Of a DNA stretch of 56,244 nt, positions 1 through 11,986 are shown in pieces; positions within the stretch are counted from its first letter, which is position 1; every line of letters begins with the position of its first letter. The notes below the pieces were generated by a model, which had not been told where the DNA came from, searched no databases, and saw only the letters and a list, made by a program, of their open reading frames with translations. The translations under genes and the position numbers were made by a program. The stretch is from Octopus bimaculoides (taxonomy: Eukaryota). The stretch spans positions 1,201,050 to 1,257,293 of the forward strand of contig NC_068996.1 of the NCBI RefSeq assembly GCF_001194135.2. Reading direction: 5' to 3'.

Positions 1-530
1 TCCAATTTTCCGCTTTTACTTTCAGTAAATAAATGTTTCGCGTATTGATAGGGATTGTTCACAAAGCTACGATAGTTCTTTTCTCTCTCCTTTCTTCTGT
101 TCTTCCTTCTTTCTTTTCTCAGTAGTTCTCGATGCCTCTTTTTTATCTCTTCATATAGCTGCTTTAGCCCTTCACTTTCCTCCTCCTTTGCATCCCTCCA
201 TCTGGTTCTGAGTTTTTTCTTCTCTTCTCGAATCTTTGCAATCCGTCTTTCTCTCCTCGATGGTCCGCTCTTTGCCGGTGATTCTACCGTTCCTGTTGTT
301 TCCATTCCAAATCTTTTCTCTCCTTCCTGGTAGATTGTATAAGCCAGGTTCTCCAGCTTTTGAATTTGGTGGTTATTCTTGATACCTCGTTGTCGAATTT
401 TTTATAACTTGCTGCGTCATTTGCTTTCGGCCACTTAATCTTTGTCTTCTTCACGCCTATCACTGTTTGTGACTGTTCTAATTCAACTGTGGAATAAATT
501 TTGGATGCGTATTTCAATGATGCTCTTTTA
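1..530 (-). mobile_element. HERO-like (R2-group, RLE-type) non-LTR retrotransposon, pre-RT region, running off the window start
   Basis: Minus translation gives IKWPKANDAASYKKFDNEV, then after one frameshift near 360 KLENLAYTIYQEGEKRFG...PSRRERRIAKIREEKKKLRTRW...ERRKNRRKEREKNYRSFVNNPYQYAKHLFTESKSGKL, open to base 1. This matches the pre-RT region I recall for HERO elements. Confidence 0.75.
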
Positions 531-660
531 GACTTCGCCTGTGTTGCTTCCATAATATCCATAATAATGTTATTTCGAATATAGCTCACAATGAGCGCTA
601 CACTCTCCTTCTGTATTAATGTGAGATATTGTTAATAACAAGCTCTAGTAAAGCTATATT

Positions 661-661
661 T

Positions 662-715
<54 letters not shown>

Positions 716-1000
716 CATATATACGTATGCATGTACATATACATATATACATATATATGTATGTACATATGTATGTATATACATATATATGTATATACAT
801 GTATTCGTGTATATATATATTCATATGTATATGTGGGCGTGTGTGTGATTCTCTGATGAACGGGAACGGGAAACTCTGAGTTACAGTTCTTGTTATAGTT
901 TTCCAGCTTTAACAGTAAAGTGAATATACATATATATGCATATATATGTATATATATATAAATGTATTTATATATGTATATATATATGTATGTATGTATA

Positions 1001-1039
<39 letters not shown>

Positions 1040-1040
1040 A
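661..1040. repeat. (AT)n and degenerate (TATG)/(TACA) microsatellite tracts
   Basis: Seen directly; they explain the YIYI-type ORFs. Confidence 0.95.
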
Positions 1041-2219
1041 AGTTTATGATTATGTTGCACGTATCTCAAATTTTTCCACATGACAATATTTGGTTTACGT
1101 ATTGAAAGACATGCTTTTCCAATTAGAAGGATGCTTTCCGCGGAATGCTTGTGTACTGCTGCCACATGTAATTTTCACTGATTTCATACACATTTCAGAA
1201 AAGTCTTGCCGGAACTTGCAATATTTACAGAAACCATAAATGCTTGTAGCTTTGTTGGTCGATACAGATTATCGCTGACCTTTACACTAAAATCCTGCAG
1301 GATCGATCAGAAATCTTTTCCACACGCTTAAAGCTTTTTATTTATATATTTATTTGACTGTTTCATTTCGATTATTTGTTTTTGTTTCTTTCGTTCAAGA
1401 GTATTTTTATTTTTTTCAAAAATGTTTTTGATTCTTTTCTCCAATTCTTTTATTTTGCACATATTTTTTTTTACTATTTATTTAGTTTCATATTTATAAT
1501 TCATTCGAATTTTTTTTTTCGATTCCTACAAAGCGTATTGTATATCTTTTCTTCTATTTCTACTATTGCATTATTATCCTGATCATCATCATTTTATTAG
1601 CAATCTTCTTCCTCTTCTTCCTTTTCATATTCATATTCATATTCATATAACAACAACAGCAGCAACAATAATAATAGTAATAATAATATTATTATTACTA
1701 TTATCATCATTATTATTTTTATTATAGTTGTTCTTGTTGTCGTCTTCGTCGTCGTCAGCACCCCCATGATGATGATGATGATGATGATCATCATCATCAT
1801 CTCCTCCTCCTCCTCCTCCTCCTCATCATCATCATCATCATCACCACCATATCATCTTCATCATCATTATCATCATTTACTCCTACCTTTCTCCCGTTTT
1901 CGCTTCACTCGCAACTCTTAAGTTTCTTTTTAATAAACCCTTTCCTGAGTCTTATATTGAAATTATCATTTTTTAAAACCATTTTTCTTCTTTATATTTG
2001 GTTCGTTGCTTTTTCTCTCGTTTAATTCTTTCTTTCATTTCATTTATCTTTTTCAATTTTTCTTTTACCTTTTGTCTTTATTTCTGTCTCTATCTATTTC
2101 CCACTCTGTTCTTGTTTTGGTTTTCTACATTATCGCTCTTTTTCCATTTGTGTGCATTTATTCCTTTATAAATTACCTCTTTCTTTCCAGTCTTAATTTT
2201 TAAGTTTTAAATCGTTCAT

Positions 2220-2233
2220 ACTCTCTCTTTTTT

Positions 2234-2303
<70 letters not shown>

Positions 2304-2600
2304 TCAACCTATAGTACTTCCAATCTCCTAGTTTTCCTTTCTTTCTTTTTCTTCCACTTTTCCTTTCCTAATTCAATTTTGTTGTTGTCTCCACCAATCT
2401 TCAAAATATTCCTTTTCTCAATTTCACTCTCACGAATTCTTGAAGTTTTCTCTTTTTTAATCTCTGTAAAACTTCAATATATTATTTCAACTTGAAAATA
2501 GCAATAAGGATAAATGAATATATGGATGTTACGTAATACATATATGCTAACATGCACACATAGACATATACATCTCTTTTTCTTCCCTCTGTCTGTCTGG

Positions 2601-2660
<60 letters not shown>

Positions 2661-2690
2661 ACTTTATCTGTCTGTCTGTCTGTCTATCTG

Positions 2691-2747
<57 letters not shown>

Positions 2748-2795
2748 GTATCTATCTATCTATCTATCTATCACGCTCTATCTGTCTGTCTGTCC

Positions 2796-2840
<45 letters not shown>
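2220..2840. repeat. (CT)n, (CTAT)n, (CTGT)n and (CA)n microsatellites
   Basis: Seen directly. Confidence 0.95.
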
Positions 2841-2842
<2 letters not shown>

Positions 2843-2900
2843 CCTCTCTCATGAAAAACGAACCTTCACTAACTTCTCTACCTATATATCTGTGCAAACC

Positions 2901-3099
2901 TTTCAATGCCGTGTATGCCATAAAGTCTACAAATCTAACGGAGTCCTCAAAATACATTTTAAGATCCACGGACTAGAAATTTACTGCAGCTCTTGGTGGT
3001 CCAAATCGAATATACAATTTATGTGGGAGTCTTTTCAATACATTGTCTGATTTAAAAAGCCACAAGGAGCAGGCAGCCACCTCCCGAGCGTCATACTAA
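2901..3099 (+). pseudogene. Decayed C2H2 zinc-finger fragment: one intact finger and one degenerate finger
   Basis: 2901-2969 encodes [23 protein letters not shown], a full C2H2 consensus. In a shifted frame from 3013 it reads [21 protein letters not shown] (first Cys appears as Tyr, tac instead of tgc), with a stop at 3097-3099. Confidence 0.65.
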
Positions 3100-3740
3100 T
3101 ATATACTTTTGTTATTTACACCACCTGTCCTCGTCTGTTGTTATTATTTGTATATTCTCCCANNNNNNNNNNNNNNNNNNNNNNNNNNNNNNNNNNNNNN
3201 NNNNNNNNNNNNNNNNNNNNNNNNNNNNNNNNNNNNNNNNNNNNNNNNNNNNNNNNNNNNNNNNNNNNNNNNNNNNNNNNNNNNNNNNNNNNNNNNNNNN
3301 NNNNNNNNNNNNNNNNNNNNNNNNNNNNNNNNNNNNNNNNNNNNNNNNNNNNNNNNNNNNNNNNNNNNNNNNNNNNNNNNNNNNNNNNNNNNNNNNNNNN
3401 NNNNNNNNNNNNNNNNNNNNNNNNNNNNNNNNNNNNNNNNNNNNNNNNNNNNNNNNNNNNNNNNNNNNNNNNNNNNNNNNNNNNNNNNNNNNNNNNNNNN
3501 NNNNNNNNNNNNNNNNNNNNNNNNNNNNNNNNNNNNNNNNNNNNNNNNNNNNNNNNNNNNNNNNNNNNNNNNNNNNNNNNNNNNNNNNNNNNNNNNNNNN
3601 NNNNNGTAAAGGGAATGAAGTTTATCTGTATATATCTTCATCAAAGAAGCGGGAATACTTCCGGGTTGCTTCTGGGTACCCATGTGGAGACAGGAATAAA
3701 AATTCAACATTGAATATATTCCGTCTATATATTTGATAAA

Positions 3741-3992
3741 TAAATTCAAAAAGGGATAAAACTCTTTTACAAGAATTTTATCAAGAAGCCAGTGTGTAAA
3801 AAATAACCACTAAATGTGGTTATTTTGAGAAGTCCACTGTGTGGCGTTATTATTTTTCTGTAATAATGCCCTTTATATAAATATAAACGAATAATTATAT
3901 TCTTGGGAATAGAAATTTCCCTTATGAATTTTTTTACACACTGGCTTCTTGATAAAATTCTTGTAAAAGAGTTTTATCCCTTTTTGAATTTA
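3741..3992. mobile_element. MITE with about 63-bp terminal inverted repeats
   Basis: 3741-3803 (taaattcaaaaagggataaaactc...gccagtgtgtaaaaaa) is the reverse complement of 3930-3992; about 125-bp AT-rich spacer; TA-rich flanks. Confidence 0.75.
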
Positions 3993-4557
3993 TATATATA
4001 TACACATTAAAATACTTACAGACGCACGCACACACACGTATTTATGTATACGTATACATATATGTATCTACTTGTTTATACATGTATGTCTCATTCTGTG
4101 TCAAATGTACTTTGTGACGTTTAAGAAAAGCTGAAATAATCATGTGATTGGTGTAACAGGAAATCACTCACGATTAATCTAAAAGTGATTGAGCTAAATG
4201 TTCCCAAAATCGTCACAAAACCTAATCGTAGATATCCAATACTTCGAGATGGTCTTAGCTGGAATGTCTTATCCTCAGTTTGACCATGTATTAGACATTA
4301 TCAATAAAAACAACAGAATAAGCAAAAGAATATTGCTAATAAATGGACGCATACCTTGGTTAATTGCCGCTCTAAAAATGGGTAAAATGCTCGCTTTACA
4401 AACCTGTGAATCGCTAAAAGTTCGACATTGTCCATTCCATACATATATACATACATACACACACTCACATACGCTCATATGTATATGCATATATATGTGC
4501 GTGTTTGTACACACACACAGATGCTCATACACGTTTACATACAGTCGCGCACATTTA

Positions 4558-5726
4558 TACGAGGGTCGACTGGAAAATTCATAGGCTACAAGTGTGAAAT
4601 ATTACATGCATCATTTTCAGCCTCTTTTATTAATAACTGCATTGTTTTCTTCCAGGTAAACTGGCATTTGGCATGCTCAAATAAGACTTAAAGAGTAATT
4701 TGTAGTGATTTCTCATGAAAATCGACAAAATTTGGCATCATGGTATTATGAATTTCTTGCAGAAAAAATAGTTTAGCTCTCAAGGACATTCATGCTGACA
4801 TGGTTGCTACATTAGGGAATAATGCTCCAGTTTTATCAACAGTGGGTAACTGAATTTAAGAGGAGTAGGGAGAGCCTTCAAGATATCCCAAGATCTGACC
4901 CTCCTACAACTGACAACTCAGAAAAACATTAATTATGTTCACCACATAGTGATGGATGATAGGCGATCGACTATAGATATAATAACTAATGCTATTAGCA
5001 TATCCTGTAATAAAGTTGAGAATATTATACACAATGGAATTGGCATGAGGAAGGATTCTTCTCGGTGGGTGCCACCTCTTCTGACCACTGATAAGAAGCG
5101 CACTAGTTTGATTATATCACGGGAAAATTTGACATTGTTTGGGAGAGATCCATCTGGTTAACTTGAACGCTTCCTATTCAGCTTGAGTGGTGGGTTCATA
5201 ATATAGATACACAATCAGAGACAATCCATGCATCGGAAACATTCCTCTCAACTGCTCTAAAGAATACCAAGGTCGTTTCATTTATCAGGAAGATGACACC
5301 CTCAAATTTCTGGGATGCAGAAAGAGACCACACCATCAAAGGAGAGTACAATGCCAAATTGCTGAAGCAGATACGAAAGGCTATCGAGACGAAACGCCCA
5401 GGAAATCCGACGAATGTGGTTTTGTTTCATCTCATCAGAACAATGCTCCAGCACACAAGTCCTTGGTTCCAATGGCTGCTATCACCGTCCCTATTCTCCT
5501 GATTTTGCCTCAAATGATTATCACCTATTCCCAGACATGAAAAAAAGATTTGGCTGGGAATCAGCACCGCAGTTGATTTCTTTGACGAACTTAATGAAAG
5601 CACTGCACGACCGTTGGAAGAAGTATGTGGACTGAAAGTGAGACTATGCTGAAAAATAAACATCATTTGGTTACATTTCATTGGAATATCTTGGTCAGCC
5701 TAAGAATTTTGCAGCTGATCTCCGTA
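4558..5726 (+). mobile_element. Mariner (Tc1/mariner) DNA transposon relic, near full length, transposase disrupted
   Basis: Degenerate TIRs tacgagggtcgactggaaaattcataggct / agcctaagaattttgcagctgatctccgta with TA at both ends; RWVP motif at about 5066; HQNNAPAH-like motif; PYSPDFASNDYHLFP at about 5490; many stops and frameshifts. Confidence 0.9.
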
Positions 5727-6249
5727 AATATATTATTACACATCAAAACATTTGAAATGGTTGTTTGAATTACTTTATATTCAACTTAATTCTCAACAAC
5801 GAAAATCTGTTTTGAACCATATAAGACTAAATACATATAATTTGAATCAGAAGTTTTTCCCGATATCAGTACATCACTTTTAATAATGCTGTCGAGACCA
5901 AGGAGATGAATATAGGGTTGATTTTATCCGGTAAACATATTTAAATACATACCCGAATACAACTGCAAGGTGCCAATATGAGAAGAATTATAATTGCATT
6001 ATAATAAGAAAGGTCATATTCATAAGTATGTATTCGCTTTGTAAAATTGCACCTTAGCTGGCCCGTTTGAACTGACTAAAATGAAGACAGAATTGACAAG
6101 TCTTATTACTATTATTCAACAGCACATATTATGTTTACATATAGTCATCAGTTACATTTATCTTGATGTGTGCAGAGAGACTTAATAAATTCTTTATTAT
6201 TCACTGATTTAAGTAGTCCGTTCGATATCCGTTCCAATCTGCTGAAATG

Positions 6250-6460
6250 GATCTCGTTGGTCTAATTCACAGCAGTCATTAGACGGCAGCTGAAACCACG
6301 GCATTGCTTTGAAGAATTCTAGTCTAAAGAATCGATCCCAGTATTTGCTTTTAAAGCCTGCTACTTATTCTAGCAGTCTCTCTTGCCGAAGTGCTATGTT
6401 ATGGGGACTTAAACACACCAAAATTGGTTGTCAAGAGGTGATGGGGACAAACACACGCAT
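6250..6460 (-). mobile_element. tRNA-SINE family A, older 3' fragment
   Basis: Similar by eye to the 3' half of the full copy at 36851-37258 (acttattct...gccgaa...ggggac..aaacacacc...ggttgtcaag). Confidence 0.65.
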
Positions 6461-6494
6461 ACGCATACACATACACGTATGCCTACGCATATAT

Positions 6495-6990
6495 ATATAT
6501 TCTTTTATTCTTTTATTTGTGTCAATCATTTCACTGCGGTCATGCTGGAGCACCGCATTTAGTCGAGCAAATAGACCACAGGGCTTATTCTTTGTAAGCC
6601 TAGTACTTCTACTATCGGTTACTTTTGCCGATCCGCTAGGTTACGGGCACGTAGACATACCGCCATCGGTTGTCAAGCGATGATGGGGGAAAACAGTCAC
6701 ACAAACACATATACACGCATACATACATATATGTATGTATGTGTGTATGCAAATATGTAGGGGACAAACGCACAGACGCACAGACACACACAGTCACATA
6801 CATAAACACACACACATAAGCGCGCATGCGACAGAGAGAGATGACTGACTTCCTTCAGTTTCCTCTACCAAATACATTCACAAGAATTTTGTTGGATATA
6901 GTAGACGATAGGTACCCAAGTTGTCTTGAAGTGAGTCTTAAGGTAGAACTATTCGGCTGCCAAGAAAGCTTCTCACCTCAGAAACATGCC
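6495..6990 (-). mobile_element. tRNA-SINE family A copy with expanded internal microsatellite
   Basis: 3' half (actgcggtcatgctggagcaccgc...ggttgtcaagcgatg) at 6500-6700 and a degenerate head (cttcagtttcctctaccaaat...cccaag) at 6850-6990, split by an AC/AT-rich tract. Confidence 0.75.
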
Positions 6991-7020
6991 TGTGCCTTTT
7001 GTGGAGGTGTACACACGCGC

Positions 7021-7107
<87 letters not shown>

Positions 7108-7139
7108 TGTGTGTGCGTGCGTGTGTGCGTATTTGAATA

Positions 7140-7548
7140 TTCTTTTATTCTTTTGCTTGTTTCAGTCATTAGACTAAGGCCATTATGGAGCACCGCCTTG
7201 AGGGTTTTAGTTGAACAAATTGAACCTAAGACATATGTCTTAAGCCTAGTACTTACTCATTCAACCTTTTTTCATGAACCACTAAATTACTAAGACTTAA
7301 ATACACCAACACCGGTTGTCAAGTGGTGTTGGGGGTGACAAACACAGACACACAGACACACAAATAGATATATATACATATATATATACAGCGGGCCTCT
7401 TTCAGTTTCTATCCACCAAATCCACTCGCTTGTCTTTGGTCGGCCCAAGGCTATAGCAGAGTATATATGCCCAAAGTAATACAGAGTGGGACTGAACCCA
7501 GAATCATTTGGTTGAGAAGCAAGCTTCTTACCACAAAGTCATGCCCAC
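7140..7548 (-). mobile_element. tRNA-SINE family A, near-full-length copy
   Basis: Colinear with 36851-37258, including the B-box region (gggactgaacccagaatcatttggttg). Confidence 0.85.
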
Positions 7549-7583
7549 GCCTCACTCACTCTCTCTCTCTCTCTCTCTCTCTG

Positions 7584-7630
<47 letters not shown>

Positions 7631-7730
7631 AGGGAGAGAGAGAGAAAGAGAGAGTAAGCGATAAGTATACTTACATATATACATGCATATATACATATAC
7701 ATCTATACCTACATAAATGTACATACACTG

Positions 7731-7772
<42 letters not shown>

Positions 7773-8769
7773 ATACTCACACATACGTATATAAATATTG
7801 CCTTACGTTTCAAAAGTATGTGTGTACGTATTTATTTATTCTCGCCTGTGAGTGTGTGGTTACGTATGATAGGTACATGTGTGGATAATTTTATGCACGT
7901 TTTTCCTCGTTTTGTTTAATTTATCTCTTATTTTTATCTAGTTATTCATTTTCTTATTTTGTAAAAGGGAGGAATATATTGTAAATAAACCAGAAGACTG
8001 AAGGAAATATGAAGAAAGACATTGTTAGTGTAAAGAGAAAAACTGATTTTATTGCGAATATGATATGAAATAAGATAACTGTTTGGTGATTTCTGCTTTT
8101 GCTGAAGTAAAATGGCGAATGGAAAACTGGTTGGAAGAGTTTAGTTTAACTGGTAGAAAGCTGAGGAGCAGAGAACGAAACCAGCGTGTTAGTCTAGGAT
8201 TTATCCAATGTTCCAGAGTTTAATCCGAAGCTGTCAACATAGACCAACCGCAGGCGAGGAATTAATATTTGGATTACACTCGCACTCTTTCATTTTGTTC
8301 CCCTTCCATCGTTTCTTACATTCTTTCTCTATTTCATTTATTTATTGTAGTGCATTTTATTCATTTGATTATTGTAGCATTTATATTTCTTTGATTTACT
8401 GTTTTGTTATTTAAGCTCTTATATAATAATGATGAGAATGACGACGACAATGACGACAACAATAACGATGACGATGATGATGACGCTGTTGCTGCTACTG
8501 CTGCTGCTGATGATCATGATGACGACGACGACAACGACAATGCTGATGATGATGATAATTATCTGTAGACTTATTTTCATTGCGTGCTTTTTCTACAATA
8601 CTGTGCACATCTGTATGCGCCTTGCGTATGTGTGATGTTTACATTTAGTTCCATTTTTTTCTCCGTTTTGTATTGGAAGTACTCTACATAATACGTGTGC
8701 AGTAGCTTGTAGTGCTGCGTTATGTATATATGTCATTTCTTAGTGTTTTAGTTTTGTATTTTATTTGCG

Positions 8770-9330
8770 AGTGTTTTAACCATTCCCATGGTACCCATTA
8801 TTACAGGGGAGTGTTTCTGCTTTCAATCACCCAATTCGGGTTATCTGTATTTTCAGATATTTATATATGGATAATTTTTACCATTTCATTTAAAGATAAA
8901 TTATCGATTATTGGGACAGGTATTTCTGTTATGACGCACATATTTTCACGGTTGTTTCACAACAATATACGATATTGATTGCACTGTCTCTATGTATTAA
9001 CATATTCCGGATTAGGATCAGTTTGTCATACTGTGAAACATTTGCTGGCGCATTTTTATACACATTCCTTTTTGCTAGTATTTCATAATGCTACTATGAA
9101 AGACAGCATCTATGGTATGAAACCTACAAAAGAATTATGCTTGTACATGCATCTTTTTCGTAGCCAAAAACAATGTGATAAATTCTTTCTTCTGAATGTC
9201 CACATGTCCTGAATCTACTTAAAGTATTCCACTTCATTGTATATATTTGATGGTATCTACTACGAAGGCCATTTTATCTTGCTATAACCATGAATTCTTC
9301 ACTTTCTACTTGGACTTGAAAATCTTGGGT
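8770..9330 (-). mobile_element. Highly degenerate R4/Dong LINE 3' fragment (zinc knuckle plus RLE)
   Basis: Multi-frame minus translation: ESEEFMVIAR*NGLRSRYHQ...RFRTCGHSEERIYHIVFG...MYKHNSFVGFIP*ML...CVITEIPVPIIDNLSLNEMVK...KYLKIQITRIG*LKAETL..VIMGTMGMVK, colinear with the younger copy at 48766-50246. Confidence 0.6.
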
Positions 9331-9792
9331 TTCTCAAACAATTTTGCGCGTTTTGTTGTATATTTCTCCATAATCACAAAAGGATTTAAGGAAAGTATAC
9401 AGGCTTTGATGTGAATATACATCACTGTTTACATAATCTTGGCTAATGACACGGAAAATTAGATTTTTCCATTCCTGCTCGTTGTATGAAACATAGATAA
9501 TTGTGATCAAGCTGCCATACCTGAGAAATGGAATCGAAAAACTTTAATCAGTTGAAATTATGACAGCAAGAAAAGGAAATGTGTAAGCGCTAAAAAAATA
9601 AATAGTAATTCCCAAATTAAGAAGAGAGGAGGATTTCCAGAATTTCATCTATCAAGAATGTCATAAAATTATTTTTGACTCACTGTATAATGCATGATCG
9701 TTTGCACTTATATATAGCCATTAATGCGGAGACCATAATCGAGATATTTCTCAATGTCACTATTCTAAATTAAATTTAAACTAGTGATTCAC

Positions 9793-10840
9793 TAAGTGGT
9801 TGGGAGGGTTAATACATATAAGAAGCAGTTAACAATAGGTACAGTGTGTTTTTCTTTTTGAAAGGACAGAAAAAGAAAAGGAGCAAACATGAGGATGTTA
9901 GTGAAGCACAACTTATTGTAATTATTTGGGTATAGGAAGGGGAATAAGCTACAGAGTTCTCATGATGTAGTCCAAGATCCATGTTATTTCGTCCAGTTAG
10001 GCGAATATAGTCGTTCTCAGATGGAGTTTTTTTCAGGAAGGGTGAATTTAGGTAGTAGTTCGCACTATGTTTACATAGAAATTCACATTATGTTTACATA
10101 GAAATACGGTGGTGGATTTGAAGTTATTGTTTGTGTTACGGAGGAGAAAGTTTATATGTAAAGTGCCGATTTTCTTGTTGATCAGCAAAAAAAAAACAAC
10201 AACAAAAAACGAACACTAACGCTGCACTTTAGTCCCACCTGGTTCCATACACTCATATACCAAATTTTCCCATAATAGGTTCACCATCATAGGCTGCTTA
10301 TGCCATACCATCCGCAACGTTGCACCTACTAGTTGGCACTTTACATATAAACTTTCACCTCCGTAACACGGATCATACCTTCAAATCCACCACCGTATTT
10401 CTATGTAAACACAATGTGAATTTCTATGTAAACATAATGCAAACTACTACCTAAATTCATCCTTCCTGAAAAAACTCCTCCTGGGAACGATTACATTCAC
10501 CTATCCACAATTAAACGAAATAACATGGATCTTGGAATACATCATGAGAAGTATGTAGCTTATTCCTCTTCCTATACCCAAATAAATTTAATAAGTTGTG
10601 CTTCACTAACATCCGCATGTTTGCTCCTATTCTTTTTCTGCCCTTTCAAAAAGACAAACACACTGTGCCTTTGGTAACTGTTTCTTATAAGTATTAACCC
10701 TCCCAACCACTTAAAGCCTCTGAAGAAGTCTAGAGGCACATTCATCATCCAAACTTTATCTGCCCAAACCTGCAGAACACTGAGGAAATGAGATGGCATG
10801 GAGGATTTGGTTGCCTCTTGGCAGAAACGACCGTAAAGAA
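9793..10840. mobile_element. Inverted pair of Penelope-like 3'/pLTR segments
   Basis: 9793-10167 is an imperfect reverse complement of 10335-10713, with a 167-bp spacer. The plus-strand remnant IGCLCHTIRN...HFTYNFHLRNTDHTFKSTT...EITWILEY resembles a decayed GIY-YIG C-terminus; a hammerhead-like motif follows the right arm. The inverted repeat is seen directly; the Penelope assignment is inference. Confidence 0.55.
10716..10840 (+). ncRNA. Degenerate type I hammerhead-ribozyme-like motif with extended stem II
   Basis: CTGAAGA at 10720-26; stem II GTC/GGC plus AGAGGCA (10732-38)/TGCCTCT (10812-18); GAAAC-gacc-GTA at 10824-35; stem I poorly paired. Confidence 0.35.
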
Positions 10841-11200
10841 CTAGAACCTACTGACAATCTGATCTTTTTCTCTTTTGCTCTTTTCTATAATGTTAGTACA
10901 TGTGTGTGTAACACATAGTTATTACATGTTTATATATTCTTCTAATACTTTCTATTACTTTTGAATAAATAGACATACTAGAATGTCTACCGGCTGATGT
11001 ATGTCGTTTTTGAATCCTCTCCACTTTCTTATTTGCCGTATAAATTAAGGGTAAACCACTTTCTACCCCCGCTCACATATAGCACTCAACTGCGAGATTT
11101 CCACGCGATAAACAGCACTTGGGTATGAATAATCGGGCACACTACCAGCAGTATATTGGATAGGCACTATCCCTGAGTTGGTTGGTTTCCCAACCTCTTA

Positions 11201-11329
<129 letters not shown>

Positions 11330-11345
11330 GTGTGTATGTATATAA

Positions 11346-11697
11346 CTACATTAATATTTTTTATAAACAAACCCGAAAGGCTTTGCGAGTTGCGGAGAGA
11401 AAGCTACTATGGAAGGCTCATAGTATAATAACTGTAGAATAACAGATTCGCAAGGAGCCATGAAAGCATCAATATGTGGGTTCGATTCAGCCTGAGATTA
11501 GCTCATCATTTTTCGTTCCTTTGTTTATATTTAAGAATTGTCGCTTCAAAATCGGAGAATAAATATCATTATGATATATATTATTTACAGTTATTGTATT
11601 GAACAGTTATTATACTATGAGCCTTCAATAGTAGCTTCCTCTACGTAGCTCGCAAAGCCTTTCGGTTTTTTTTTAATAAAAATATTATTTATGTAGT
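11346..11697. mobile_element. MITE-like element with about 95-bp imperfect inverted arms
   Basis: 11346-11440 (actacatt...cccgaaaggctttgcgag...agctactatggaaggctcatagtataataactg) is inverted at about 11604-11697. Confidence 0.6.
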
Positions 11698-11725
11698 ATT
11701 AAGACAGTTTAAGTATATATTAACT

Positions 11726-11797
11726 AAATTTGACTGAAATTGATGGGTGAGCGTTTGGCCAGTCAGATTCGCTCACCCATCAATTGCAGTCAAATTT
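11726..11797. other. 72-nt hairpin with 28-bp arms (27/28 paired) and a 16-nt loop
   Basis: aaatttgactgaaattgatgggtgagcg / cgctcacccatcaattgcagtcaaattt. Confidence 0.9.
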
Positions 11798-11930
11798 GTG
11801 GGTTCGATTCAGCCTGAGGTTTGCTAATCATTTTTCGGTCATTTGCTTATATTTAAAAATTGTCGCTTCAAAATCGGAGAATAAATATAATTATGATATA
11901 TATTATATACAGTTATTGTACAGTATATAC

Positions 11931-11986
<56 letters not shown>

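Noticed and set aside
1070-1325. Minus-strand CGK-like motifs as a zinc-finger array
   Set aside because: Spacing is about 112 and 132 nt rather than 84, with no paired His residues or linkers.
2901-2969. Zinc finger as the N-terminal finger of the HERO-like element
   Set aside because: It is on the opposite strand and 2.3 kb away.
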